Positions 19,025-29,033 of a stretch of DNA of 58,099 bases are shown here, piece after piece. Source of the stretch: a bacterium (GTDB taxonomy: Bacteria; Desulfobacterota; JADFVX01); the NCBI GenBank assembly GCA_032250935.1, contig JAVVFD010000003.1, forward strand, positions 1-58,099, in the 5' to 3' direction. Under the pieces are notes generated by a model. The model ran no database searches. It had not been told where the DNA came from and saw nothing but the letters and a program-made list of their open reading frames with translations. Every line of letters starts with the position of its first letter. Within the stretch, counting starts at the first letter, position 1. The translations under genes were made by a program, and so were the position numbers.

Positions 19025-19501
19025 ATGGCGGAAGAAATTAGTGTACTGAAAAAATTAGAGTTTTTCTCTTTTTTCAACGAGGGGGAACTCAAGGCTGCCA
19101 GTCAGATAATGGCAGAGACGGATTATCCGGCTGATACTATCGTCTTTGATGAAGGTGACGAAGGCCAGACGCTTTACATAATAAAGAGCGGCGAGGTAAA
19201 GATATCCAAGAAGGATCCCGAGGGGAGGGAGCAGGTTCTTGCCCTTCTTAAAGATGGTGATATATTCGGCGAGATGTCTTTTCTGGATGGCAGGCCGCAT
19301 TCTGCTACAGTAACGACTGTACATAATTCCAGGATTCTCAAGATAGAAAAGGCGGATTTTGATAGGTTTATTGAAGCCCAGCCCAGGGCTGCATATAAGA
19401 TTATGAAGAACATCGTTTTTGCTGTTGATACGATAGTCAGGAAGATGAACTCTCAATATGTAGATATGATGTCCTACATGTTCGGAAGGAGAAGGTTTTA
19501 A
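19025..19501 (+). CDS. stand-alone cyclic-nucleotide-binding (Crp-type) domain protein, no HTH
   Basis: VFDEGDEGQTLYIIKSGEVKI ... GDIFGEMSFLDGRPHSAT; AAGGAG RBS; 158 aa. Confidence 0.9.
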   Translation: MAEEISVLKKLEFFSFFNEGELKAASQIMAETDYPADTIVFDEGDEGQTLYIIKSGEVKISKKDPEGREQVLALLKDGDIFGEMSFLDGRPHSATVTTVHNSRILKIEKADFDRFIEAQPRAAYKIMKNIVFAVDTIVRKMNSQYVDMMSYMFGRRRF

Positions 19502-19503
19502 AG

Positions 19504-20499
19504 ATGCTTGAAGCCCTTTTAGCCAATACACTGCTTATAGTTGCTTTAAAATCTATAGTTGCAGTTCTCATTATCTTTGCACTTCCACTGCCTTTTACGT
19601 GGATAGAGCGGAAGATAGCCGGTCATATTCAGCAGAGACCGGGACCTATGAGGGTTGGCTTCCATGGAATTCTTCAGCCCGTAGCTGACGGTATAAAGCT
19701 TTTCCTGAAGGAAGATATTGTTCCTGATAAGGCCGATAAGTTCCTCTTTAAGCTTGCTCCGATTATTACACTTGTGCCTTATATTGCGATTTTTGTAGCT
19801 ATACCGGTAACGGATTCCATCTATGTGTCCAATATGAATATCGGAATCCTTTATGTTCTTGCTATAGGCGGTCTTTCTATCTATGGACTCATACTTGGCG
19901 GATGGGCTTCAAACAGTAAGTACGCTCTTCTTGGCGGTATGCGCGCCTCCGCACAGATGATCAGCTATGAGGTTGCAATGGGCTTTGCTGTTATCGGTGT
20001 AATAATGATGGCACAATCTCTTAATATGCAGGATATAGTAAGGGCACAGGAAGGCGGTTTTCTTAATTGGAATATCATGCCTCACAAACAGCTGGTTGCC
20101 TTCTTCATATTCATGGTAGCCGGTTTCGCCGAGGCAAACAGGATACCTTTTGACCTTACCGAATGTGAAGGAGATCTTGGTTGCGGATTTAATACTGAAT
20201 ACAGCGGCATGAGGTTTGCCATCTTTGCTCTCGGCGAATATGCGGCGATGTTTGCCATATCCGCCCTTGCCGTTGTGCTTTTCGCCGGTGGATGGAATTC
20301 GCCGGTTAGTTTTCTTGATTTTATTCCCGGGATTGTCTGGTTTGTAGTTAAGCTGCTATTTTTCGTTTATCTATTCATGTGGCTGAGATTTACATGGCCC
20401 CGTTACAGGTACGATCAGCTCATGACCCTTGGCTGGAAGATACTTATTCCACTTGGCGTAGCCAACGTGCTGATCACCGGTTTCTTATTACTTTATTAG
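19504..20499 (+). CDS. nuoH: NADH-quinone oxidoreductase subunit H
   Basis: ERKIAGHIQQRPGP, GILQPVADGIKLFLKED, AQMISYEV, PRYRYDQLM. Confidence 0.97.
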   Translation: MLEALLANTLLIVALKSIVAVLIIFALPLPFTWIERKIAGHIQQRPGPMRVGFHGILQPVADGIKLFLKEDIVPDKADKFLFKLAPIITLVPYIAIFVAIPVTDSIYVSNMNIGILYVLAIGGLSIYGLILGGWASNSKYALLGGMRASAQMISYEVAMGFAVIGVIMMAQSLNMQDIVRAQEGGFLNWNIMPHKQLVAFFIFMVAGFAEANRIPFDLTECEGDLGCGFNTEYSGMRFAIFALGEYAAMFAISALAVVLFAGGWNSPVSFLDFIPGIVWFVVKLLFFVYLFMWLRFTWPRYRYDQLMTLGWKILIPLGVANVLITGFLLLY

Positions 20500-20518
20500 A
20501 AGTTGACAAGAGGATTTG

Positions 20519-21061
20519 ATGATTAAGGATTTCCTTAAAACAGTATTTCTGGTTGATCTTTTTAGCGGCGCTACACTGACCTTTAGAAAGACCTTTAGCA
20601 AGACTGTTACAATGCATTATCCCGATAAGGAGAAGTGGATTCCTTATGAGAGGTTCAGGGGCCTTCATTATCAGGCCGTAGACGAGAACAATGAGCTAAA
20701 GTGCGTAGCCTGCGAACTCTGCGCGCGAATATGTCCGGCCGGAGTTATTACCATTAAGGCCAAGGAAGATGATAAAGGGGTGAGGCGTCCCGCCCTTTAT
20801 ACGATGGATTTGCACAGATGCGCATATTGCGGACTCTGCGAAGAGGTCTGTCCTGAAGATGCTATTAAGCACGGTGCCGGTTACGAGTTTGCCGGGTATG
20901 AAAGAAAAGATGCCGTAATGAATCTTGACGATCTACTGGCCAATGAGCCTAATGAAACAGATCCCGAAAAGATGGGAACGGTCTCATCTGCAAGACTGGT
21001 TAGAAAAGATGGCACTTTGAAGATAGTTGCAGATGGTAAGAAGCGATATCGTTGGTGGTAG
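20519..21061 (+). CDS. nuoI: NADH-quinone oxidoreductase subunit I
   Basis: RFRGLH, CVACELCARICP and CAYCGLCEEVCP 4Fe-4S motifs. Confidence 0.95.
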   Translation: MIKDFLKTVFLVDLFSGATLTFRKTFSKTVTMHYPDKEKWIPYERFRGLHYQAVDENNELKCVACELCARICPAGVITIKAKEDDKGVRRPALYTMDLHRCAYCGLCEEVCPEDAIKHGAGYEFAGYERKDAVMNLDDLLANEPNETDPEKMGTVSSARLVRKDGTLKIVADGKKRYRWW

Positions 21062-21092
21062 TGATATTCAAAAGTAAACAGGATTTAATATT

Positions 21093-21617
21093 ATGATAGA
21101 AACATTATTCTTTTTTCTCTTTGCAGCCCTGGCTATTAGCTCGGCGATCATGGTAATTACCATGAGAAACCCTGTGCACAGTGTTGTATCTCTGATTGTC
21201 TGCTTTTTCCAGATAGCCTGCCTCTTCCTTTTGCTCAGGGCTCCTTTTCTGGCAGGAGCGCAGATCTTTGTTTATGTCGGGGCGATAATGATATTTTTTG
21301 TCTTTGCTGTCTTTCTGCTCGATATCAAGAGCTCTATGGCAAAACAAAAATTTAGTAAATGGGCCTCATACGGCATTCCGGTTTCACTCCTGTTTCTGGT
21401 GGAATTAATAATGCTGGCCCTGAAGGGCGGTTTCGGTAACGCTGCCGACTCTTCTGCAAGCGCAGGCCAGTTTCTCGATATGGCAAAAAGTACGGAGGCG
21501 CTTGGTACCGTTTTATTTACAAAATATCTCCTGCCCTTTGAAATAATTTCGGTGGTCTTGCTTGTCGGCTTTGTCGGGGCAGTTGTTCTTACCGTTAAAG
21601 CGCCAAAGGAGGATTGA
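21093..21617 (+). CDS. nuoJ: NADH-quinone oxidoreductase subunit J
   Basis: RNPVHS, QIFVYVGAI, YLLPFEIISVVLL. Confidence 0.95.
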   Translation: MIETLFFFLFAALAISSAIMVITMRNPVHSVVSLIVCFFQIACLFLLLRAPFLAGAQIFVYVGAIMIFFVFAVFLLDIKSSMAKQKFSKWASYGIPVSLLFLVELIMLALKGGFGNAADSSASAGQFLDMAKSTEALGTVLFTKYLLPFEIISVVLLVGFVGAVVLTVKAPKED

Positions 21618-21618
21618 T

Positions 21619-21930
21619 ATGCAATCTGCTATCCCTATGGAATACTTTCTCGTACTGTCTGCAATACTCTTCACTATCGGCTGTATTGGTGTTATTGCGA
21701 GAAGAAATATAATAGTAATATTGATGTCACTGGAGTTAATTCTTAACGCAGTTAATATCAATTTTGTAACATTCTCATATTACCTTAATAATATGACCGG
21801 CAGGGTCTTTTCCCTGTTTACTATGGCAGTGGCTGCAGCAGAAGTCGCCATAGGGCTTGCAATCGCCGTTAATCTGGTTCGGGTCAGGAAGACCATGGAG
21901 ATTGACGAAATCGATACCCTTAAGTGGTAA
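21619..21930 (+). CDS. nuoK: NADH-quinone oxidoreductase subunit K
   Basis: RRNIIVILMSLELILNAVN, VAAAEVAIGLAI; GGAGG RBS before ATG 21619. Confidence 0.95.
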   Translation: MQSAIPMEYFLVLSAILFTIGCIGVIARRNIIVILMSLELILNAVNINFVTFSYYLNNMTGRVFSLFTMAVAAAEVAIGLAIAVNLVRVRKTMEIDEIDTLKW

Positions 21931-21954
21931 CGGGAATATAGGAGAGGCTATACA

Positions 21955-23853
21955 GTGATACATTACAGTTGGTTCATACTATTTATACCGCTTATTTCCT
22001 GTCTAACAATTGTACTTTTGACAAGGAAGTATAAGGATCTTAGCTCATACATCTCTATAGCGGGAGTTGCAATTCCCTTTATATTGACGCTAAAACCGTT
22101 TTTTGCATTGCTCGGCTCTCATGGCCATTTTGAGCCGATAGAAAGTACCTTGGTATGGATAGATGTCCCCGGACTTACAGTCAAGATGGGAACTCTCATA
22201 GACCCCTTAAGTATCTTGATGCTGATGGTCGTCACCGGAGTCGGTACTCTAATCCACATGTTTGCACGCGGATACATGCACGGCGAAGAAGGTTTTTCCA
22301 GATTTTTCGCCTGCCTGTCGCTCTTTATCTTTTCCATGCTCGGTATAGTGCTCTCCACTAATTATCTTCAGATATTTATTTTCTGGGAGCTGGTCGGCGT
22401 CGCGTCATATCTTCTCATCGGATATTACTATGAAAAGGAATCTGCTGCCGAGGCATCGGTAAAGGCCTTTATGACGAACAAGGTCGGTGACTTCGGATTT
22501 ATCCTTGGTATCCTGGTGCTTTATTACACGGTTGGATCATTCAATTTCTATGAAATTCAGGACATACTGGCAACTAACGGAGCGACCTACGCGACCGGCA
22601 CTCTTACTATCGCAGCTTTATTGATTTTTGCAGGCGCTATGGGTAAATCGGCCCAGGTTCCTCTCCATGTATGGCTTCCAGACGCTATGGAAGGCCCGAC
22701 TCCTGTATCAGCCCTGATTCATGCGGCAACCATGGTTGTCGCCGGCGTCTATCTCGTGGCAAGGACATACCCTCTTTTAGTGCTTGCGCCTGCCGCCATG
22801 GAAACAGTGGCCTATGTTGGAGGAATTACGGCCATCTTCGCGGCAACCATTGCGCTTGCTCAAAACGATATCAAGAGAATTCTTGCATTTTCCACGCTTA
22901 GCCAGATCGGTTACATGATTATGGCCATGGGCGTCGTAAATCTGGCGACTGCCGAAGTTTATACAGGTTATTCGGCCAGCATGTTCCACGTCACTACACA
23001 TGCCTTCTTTAAGGCCCTTTTATTCCTCGGGTCAGGCAGCGTCATACATGCCGTACATTCGCAAGACATATGGGATATGGGCGGACTCAAGAAGTATATG
23101 CCTATAACGTACTGGACATTTTTTATAGGATATCTCGCTCTCGCAGGTCTGCCGCCTTTTGCAGGATTCTGGAGTAAGGACCTGATTCTCGGCGCAGCTC
23201 ATGAAAATGGATTTCATATCCTCTTTTATCTCGGAACTATTGCGGCATTCCTGACCCCTTTCTATATGTCAAGACTCTGGTTTGTTGCATTTACCGGCCC
23301 TAAGAGAACGGATCATCATGCCCATGAATCCCCCCTTATAATGACATTTCCCTTGATGGTTCTTGCAGTACTCGCTGTCATATCCGGTGTCATCGGTGAG
23401 TTCGGTATACCCGGTGTATACCACGGATTCAGTTCCTTTATTCATTATGGAAGCGACCCTCACGGGCCGCTTCATTTGGACATCATGATACAGTCGACCA
23501 TAATAGCTGCACTTGGCCTCTTTCTCGGCTGGTGGGTCTACGGTAGAAAACAGATCACCGAGTCTGAAGATCCGATGAAGAGATGGCTAAGCGGATTCTA
23601 TAAGGTGCTTGAAAATAAATATTATTTCGATGAATTGTACTTCTGGTTTATCAGAAATGTTTATAACAGGATTTCGGCATTCTGTAACTGGTGTGAGGTT
23701 AACCTGGTTATCGGCTTCGGAGTTAACGGCATCGCCTATTTGACAAGGCAAAGCGGCGCCGTCTTAAGGCTCAGTCAGACAGGTAAGGTGCAAAGTTATG
23801 CATTCATATTTGTCCTCGGTGTCACATCTATAGTATTTCTTTCGGTATTTTAA
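21955..23853 (+). CDS. nuoL: NADH-quinone oxidoreductase subunit L
   Basis: FWELVG, GKSAQVPLHVWLPDAMEGPTPVSALIHAATMV, HAFFKALLF. Confidence 0.97.
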   Translation: MIHYSWFILFIPLISCLTIVLLTRKYKDLSSYISIAGVAIPFILTLKPFFALLGSHGHFEPIESTLVWIDVPGLTVKMGTLIDPLSILMLMVVTGVGTLIHMFARGYMHGEEGFSRFFACLSLFIFSMLGIVLSTNYLQIFIFWELVGVASYLLIGYYYEKESAAEASVKAFMTNKVGDFGFILGILVLYYTVGSFNFYEIQDILATNGATYATGTLTIAALLIFAGAMGKSAQVPLHVWLPDAMEGPTPVSALIHAATMVVAGVYLVARTYPLLVLAPAAMETVAYVGGITAIFAATIALAQNDIKRILAFSTLSQIGYMIMAMGVVNLATAEVYTGYSASMFHVTTHAFFKALLFLGSGSVIHAVHSQDIWDMGGLKKYMPITYWTFFIGYLALAGLPPFAGFWSKDLILGAAHENGFHILFYLGTIAAFLTPFYMSRLWFVAFTGPKRTDHHAHESPLIMTFPLMVLAVLAVISGVIGEFGIPGVYHGFSSFIHYGSDPHGPLHLDIMIQSTIIAALGLFLGWWVYGRKQITESEDPMKRWLSGFYKVLENKYYFDELYFWFIRNVYNRISAFCNWCEVNLVIGFGVNGIAYLTRQSGAVLRLSQTGKVQSYAFIFVLGVTSIVFLSVF

Positions 23854-23875
23854 CTTGGTTCATCCGGAGTAGAAA

Positions 23876-25399
23876 ATGAAATTTCCACTTTTATCAGCCA
23901 TAATGTTTCTGCCGCTAATCGGCGCGCTTATTATCTCGGTTCTTCCCAGGGGGAACAGGATGGGTGTTCGCTGGGTGTCCGTGATAACCACCGGCATTTC
24001 GCTTGTCCTGTCAATATATATGACCATAGCTTACGACACCTCTGCCGGTGCCGATCAGTACCAGTTTGTCGAGCAGATACCATGGGTCGAGACCCTGGGT
24101 GTTCAGTACCATCTCGGTGTCGACGGCATCAGCGTATCTATGGTACTGCTTACGTCCTTCGTTATATTTACTGGATGCCTTGTTTCGTGGGTGAGTATTA
24201 AAGAAAGGGACAAGGAGTTTTTCTTCTTCCTGCTTGTACTCGTTTTCGGAGTCCACGGTGTATTCATGTCACTTGACCTCCTCTTCTTCTACCTATATTA
24301 CGAGCTTGCCGTTATTCCCATGTATCCACTGCTCGGCATCTGGGGGAGTGCAAACAGGGAATATGCTACGATGAAGCTGATGATATACCTCACCTTCGGC
24401 TCCCTTATCGCTCTTGTTGCACTCCTTGCCATGTATTTCTTTGCCGGTGAGGTTAATGGCTCTCTTACCTTTGATATGACCGTTTTGGCAAATACTCCAT
24501 ATACAGCAGAGTTTCAGAAGTTTTTCTTCCCCTTCATGCTCTTCGGTTTTGCCGCACTAATCCCGATGATGCCCTTTCATTCCTGGTCGCCTGCAGGACA
24601 TGCGGCGGCTCCAACTGCTGTAAGTATGCTTCATGCCGGCGTTTTGATGAAACTCGGTGCATATGCGGTTATCAGGATCTGTCTGGATATGTTCCCGGCT
24701 GGAGCGCAGGTGTGGATGCCTGTAGTTGCATTCCTCTGTGTTCTCAATATGGTCTTCGGCGGGCTTGTTGCCATGAACAGGAAGGACTTTAAGTTTATGA
24801 TCGGTTATTCCAGTTCCTCTCACATGGGTTATGTCCTCCTTGGGCTCGCTTGCGTCAATGTGGTAGGGATAAACGGTGCAGTTCTTGTAATGTTCGCTCA
24901 CGGTATCATGACGGCCCTTGCCTTCTCACTCATAGGATTTATTTATGACAGGGCACATACGAGAATGATCTATGATTTTTCCGGTCTGGCAAAGCATATA
25001 CCTTTTGTAGGGGTTTGCTTTTGCATTATGGCCTTTGCCTCTGCCGGCCTGCCCGGGTTTGCCAACTTTGTCGGCGAATTAATGGTCTTTATAGCGGCAT
25101 TTCAGATTTATCCCGTTGCGACCGTTGCCGCCGTATTCGGTGTGATTATTACGGCAACGTATATGCTTAGATCAATCAGAGACGCCTTTTTCGGCACTCC
25201 CGATCCGAGGTGGGCGGGCCTTGAAGACGCACATACGTTTCTGCATAGGGCGCCATATGTGATTCTCATAACCATTCTACTGGTCGTTGGTTTTTATCCC
25301 TTCCCGCTGCTCGAAATTATTAACACCGGTGTTGAGCCTTTGGTAGACAAATTGAATAATGCAGCCGAACTGATGCGCACGGCGCAGCTTTCCAGATAA
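23876..25399 (+). CDS. nuoM: NADH-quinone oxidoreductase subunit M
   Basis: LGVDGIS, YELAVIPMY, LMKLGAY, YSSSSHMG, GLPGFANFVGE. Confidence 0.95.
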   Translation: MKFPLLSAIMFLPLIGALIISVLPRGNRMGVRWVSVITTGISLVLSIYMTIAYDTSAGADQYQFVEQIPWVETLGVQYHLGVDGISVSMVLLTSFVIFTGCLVSWVSIKERDKEFFFFLLVLVFGVHGVFMSLDLLFFYLYYELAVIPMYPLLGIWGSANREYATMKLMIYLTFGSLIALVALLAMYFFAGEVNGSLTFDMTVLANTPYTAEFQKFFFPFMLFGFAALIPMMPFHSWSPAGHAAAPTAVSMLHAGVLMKLGAYAVIRICLDMFPAGAQVWMPVVAFLCVLNMVFGGLVAMNRKDFKFMIGYSSSSHMGYVLLGLACVNVVGINGAVLVMFAHGIMTALAFSLIGFIYDRAHTRMIYDFSGLAKHIPFVGVCFCIMAFASAGLPGFANFVGELMVFIAAFQIYPVATVAAVFGVIITATYMLRSIRDAFFGTPDPRWAGLEDAHTFLHRAPYVILITILLVVGFYPFPLLEIINTGVEPLVDKLNNAAELMRTAQLSR

Positions 25400-25409
25400 C
25401 GAGGTAGAT

Positions 25410-26867
25410 ATGGATTTTTCAGCAACAAATTATACATTAATGTCTCCCGAGCTGCTTTTATGCTCGGCAGCCCTGGTAATACTTGTACTTGACTTTGTCA
25501 TTACAAAGGGAAGCAGGCGCTGGATAGGATATCTAAGCTTCATAACCATTATTGCGGCTGTAATAGAGGTTGTTTGCAGGGGAGCAGAGCCTGGAACGGC
25601 ATTCTTTGGCCTCTATCTGCAAGATGGTATATCGATGGCCTTTAAGGTGGTGCTTGGTATTACAGCAGCTCTGGTGCTTTTGATGTCTATTGCCTATTCT
25701 GAAAAGATAAAGGCCTTTGAGGGTGAGTTTTATGTGCTTACTCTGTTTGCAGCCCTTGGCATGTTCCTTATGGTGTCCGCTTCCGACTTTATGAGTCTCT
25801 ATGTTGCCTTGGAGTTAACTACAATTACTTTTTATATCCTTGCTTCCTACCTTAGAGATAATGAGATCTCTCTGGAATCCGGTATTAAATACCTGATTCT
25901 CGGTGCAATGGCCTCAGGCGTTCTTCTTTATGGTATAAGCTTTATTTACGGCGTCACCGGAAGTACCAGCTTTGTGGAAATTCAAAAGAGCTTAGCCCAG
26001 ATGAGCGAGTTTCCGCAGACACTCAAGTTCGGCATGGTGCTCGTTATTGCAGGCCTTAGTTTTAAAATTGCTGCCGTGCCTTTCCACATATGGGCGCCTG
26101 ATGTTTATGAAGGCGCGCCTACTCCTGTTACGGCCTTTCTTGCCGTCGGTTCCAAGGTTGCGGGGGTTGCAGTATTATTGCGGGTACTTTACACAGCGCT
26201 TATGCCAATGCAGGAAGTCTGGATCGGCGTGCTTTGCGGTATTGCAGCCATTACGATGATTTTCGGTAACCTTGCAGCGATACCACAAAAGAATATAAAA
26301 AGACTTATGGCCTATGCAGGAATCGGTTCAGCAGGTTATATATTTATGGCGCTTGCCGCGGCCAGTAAGCTAGGCGCCGGCGCAACTATATATTATCTTG
26401 CGGCTTACCTCTTTTCGACTATAGGTGCATTCCTGGTTATAGTGCTGGTAGCAAATTCCACCGGCGGTGAGAGAATAGAAGATTTTAACGGCCTTGCGAG
26501 AAAGGAGCCTTATCTTGCGGCAACCGCTTTTATCGGCCTTATGTCTCTGGCCGGTGTGCCTCCTCTTGGAGGGTTTATCGGTAAGTTTTATCTTCTGGCC
26601 GCTATAATTGAGCAAAAAAATTATTTGATTGCTTTTTTAGGCGCTGTAATGGCGGCCGTCACCCTGTACTATCTGGTCCTGGTTATAAAGGCGATGTATA
26701 TGAGGGAGCCTGTAAACGATGATAGAATTGACGTAAGTCTCGGAATGAAGTTTGCCTTGACTGTATGTAATCTGGGTGTTATCTATCTGGGGATTTATCC
26801 CGGACCTGTAACAGACTATGCGATTAATATGGCGCAGAAGGTCTTTTTTAAGATATTGGAGGGATGA
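25410..26867 (+). CDS. nuoN: NADH-quinone oxidoreductase subunit N
   Basis: ESGIKYLILG, FKIAAVPFHIWAPDVYEGAPTPV, LAGVPPLGGFIGKF. Confidence 0.96.
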   Translation: MDFSATNYTLMSPELLLCSAALVILVLDFVITKGSRRWIGYLSFITIIAAVIEVVCRGAEPGTAFFGLYLQDGISMAFKVVLGITAALVLLMSIAYSEKIKAFEGEFYVLTLFAALGMFLMVSASDFMSLYVALELTTITFYILASYLRDNEISLESGIKYLILGAMASGVLLYGISFIYGVTGSTSFVEIQKSLAQMSEFPQTLKFGMVLVIAGLSFKIAAVPFHIWAPDVYEGAPTPVTAFLAVGSKVAGVAVLLRVLYTALMPMQEVWIGVLCGIAAITMIFGNLAAIPQKNIKRLMAYAGIGSAGYIFMALAAASKLGAGATIYYLAAYLFSTIGAFLVIVLVANSTGGERIEDFNGLARKEPYLAATAFIGLMSLAGVPPLGGFIGKFYLLAAIIEQKNYLIAFLGAVMAAVTLYYLVLVIKAMYMREPVNDDRIDVSLGMKFALTVCNLGVIYLGIYPGPVTDYAINMAQKVFFKILEG

Positions 26868-26868
26868 A

Positions 26869-27099
26869 GTGGCTGCACATGGTCATGAAGAGCCGGAAGG
26901 CAAAATAAAGAAAGAAATGTTCGTCAGGGATGTTGTAAAAGAATATCCTGAAACGCTTGCGGTATTTCGCAAATATTTCGGCAAGATGTCTCTCATACTC
27001 CCCGGAACAAGAGTTGAGTCGATTGAGTTTAATTGCGCAATGCATGATATAAGTCATGTTCCTGTAATGAAAGAACTCAATGAATTAGTTGGAGATTGA
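26869..27099 (+). CDS. DUF1858-like small protein lacking the CxxC
   Basis: GTG 1 nt after the nuoN stop with a GGAGGG RBS; IKKEMFVRDVVKEYPETLAVFRKY...ESIEFNCAMHDI...MKELN matches the DUF1858 pattern. Confidence 0.7.
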   Translation: MAAHGHEEPEGKIKKEMFVRDVVKEYPETLAVFRKYFGKMSLILPGTRVESIEFNCAMHDISHVPVMKELNELVGD

Positions 27100-27119
27100 C
27101 AACGATAGTCAAATAAATT

Positions 27120-27155
27120 AAAGGGCCTCATAAACAGTTAATGTGGGGCTTTTTT
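27120..27155 (+). terminator. Rho-independent terminator of the nuo operon
   Basis: AAAGGGCCTCATA ... TGTGGGGCTTTTTT stem with G-U pairs and a U-tract. Confidence 0.6.
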
Positions 27156-27402
27156 GATCAATATATATGAAGCTTTATTCGAAGACCGGTTCAGAAAGTG
27201 AAATAAAAAAAGAGGAGCGTTCCCTGATCATGGGTGGCTACTGCAAGGCAGATAAAACCCTTGAGAAAGACCTTCAGCCCTTTGAGTATATTTGGACTCA
27301 TGATTCTAAATCTGCTTTTGGATCTGCACATAAGATTAGTTGGCTTGAGTAGATAAAACCTCCATTTTTCGAAACAATTATTATAATTTTGACCTTCTCT
27401 GC

Positions 27403-27437
27403 TTGACAAAGCTTGTGAAATAGATTATCTTTTCACA
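27403..27437 (+). promoter_or_regulatory. sigma70-type promoter of rho, overlapped by an inverted repeat
   Basis: TTGACA (27403-27408), 17 nt, TATCTT (27426-27431); TGTGAAA-N10-TTTCACA at 27414-27437. Confidence 0.5.
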
Positions 27438-27756
27438 CAAAGCAGCAAATATCTGGTTCCATCGCTTTAAAATCCTGAAAATAGAAATTAAAAATAGCTA
27501 GTTATTCCCCCCATATTTAATCAGGTTTGACCTGCATATATATCACATCAAATTTTAACTTCAATAAGCGGAAACTCTTAAATATAGCCGAGTTTAAAAA
27601 TATCCCTTTATTTTTATAAAATTGATTTTTGCATAATCTGGATTTAGGTCAGAGACATTATGATATTTTGATAATCAGAACCCATCCTGAAATTTAAATA
27701 ATCCATATTTCATTCAAACATAACCTACATCATTTAAGAAATTTTAAGGAGCAATA

Positions 27757-29004
27757 ATGAATCTGAAGGATCTGAAAGAGGAAAAGATTGGCGATCTAAT
27801 CAAGACAGCTGAAAATCTTGGAGTGGAAGGCGCCGCCGGTAAGCGTAAGCAGGAGCTGATCTTTGCCATCTTACAGGCTCAAACTGAAAAAAAGGGTATG
27901 ATTTTTAGTGAAGGCGTACTTGAAATACTACCAGATGGATTCGGCTTTCTAAGGGCACCCGATTATAATTACCTTCCCGGCCCTGACGACATTTACATCT
28001 CTCCATCGCAGATAAGACGATTTGGACTCCGGACCGGAGACACTATCTCCGGTCAAATCAGACCGCCAAAAGAATCGGAACGTTATTTTGCCCTTCTTAA
28101 GGTGGAAAAGATAAACCATGACAAGCCCGAGGCTGCAAGGCATAAGATACTCTTTGATAACTTGACGCCTTTATATCCTCAGGAGCATTTTCAGCTAGAA
28201 ATTGACAGAAAGAATCTATCGGGCCGGATCCTGGATATCGTCTCCCCCATAGGAAAGGGGCAAAGGGGAATTATTGTTGCGCCGCCCAGAACGGGTAAGA
28301 CGATGTTCCTGCAGAGCATAGCCAATAGTATCACCATAAATCATCCTGACGCATACCTTATCGTTCTTTTAATAGATGAAAGACCTGAGGAAGTTACCGA
28401 TATGATGCGCTCAGTAAAGGGAGAGGTCATTAGTTCGACTTTTGATGAACCTCCACAAAGACATGTGCAGGTTGCCGACATGGTAATTGAAAAGGCGAAA
28501 AGGCTTGTTGAACATAAGAAGGATGTGGTTATTCTTCTGGACAGCCTTACAAGGTTGGCAAGGGCTCACAACACTGTTACACCTGCAAGTGGAAAGGTCT
28601 TATCTGGCGGTATAGATGCCAATGCCCTTCAGAAGCCGAAACGTTTCTTCGGCGCAGCTAGAAATATTGAAGAAGGGGGAAGCCTTACAATCATATCGAC
28701 CGCTCTTGTTGATACGGGAAGCAGGATGGACGATGTGATCTTTGAGGAGTTTAAGGGAACGGGAAATATGGAGGTTCACCTTGACAGAAAGCTCGTTGAA
28801 AGGAGAGTCTTCCCAGCCATAGATATCAATAAATCGGGAACCAGAAAAGAAGAGCTTTTAATACCAGATGAAGATTTGAAGAAGATATGGGTATTGCGTA
28901 AGGTTTTGCATCCTTTAAGTGTCGTAGATAGTATGGAATTCCTGAGGGAAAAATTAATTAAAACAAAGAGCAACAGAGAATTCTTTGATATAATGAATAA
29001 GTAG
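27757..29004 (+). CDS. rho: transcription termination factor Rho
   Basis: [46 protein letters not shown]. Confidence 0.99.
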   Translation: MNLKDLKEEKIGDLIKTAENLGVEGAAGKRKQELIFAILQAQTEKKGMIFSEGVLEILPDGFGFLRAPDYNYLPGPDDIYISPSQIRRFGLRTGDTISGQIRPPKESERYFALLKVEKINHDKPEAARHKILFDNLTPLYPQEHFQLEIDRKNLSGRILDIVSPIGKGQRGIIVAPPRTGKTMFLQSIANSITINHPDAYLIVLLIDERPEEVTDMMRSVKGEVISSTFDEPPQRHVQVADMVIEKAKRLVEHKKDVVILLDSLTRLARAHNTVTPASGKVLSGGIDANALQKPKRFFGAARNIEEGGSLTIISTALVDTGSRMDDVIFEEFKGTGNMEVHLDRKLVERRVFPAIDINKSGTRKEELLIPDEDLKKIWVLRKVLHPLSVVDSMEFLREKLIKTKSNREFFDIMNK

Positions 29005-29033
29005 CCCGCCAGGCTATTTAGCCTCGTTTACGA

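Noticed and set aside
27167-27352. 61-aa ORF between the nuo terminator and the rho promoter
   Set aside because: No convincing RBS or motif; cannot be supported, although a small protein is not excluded
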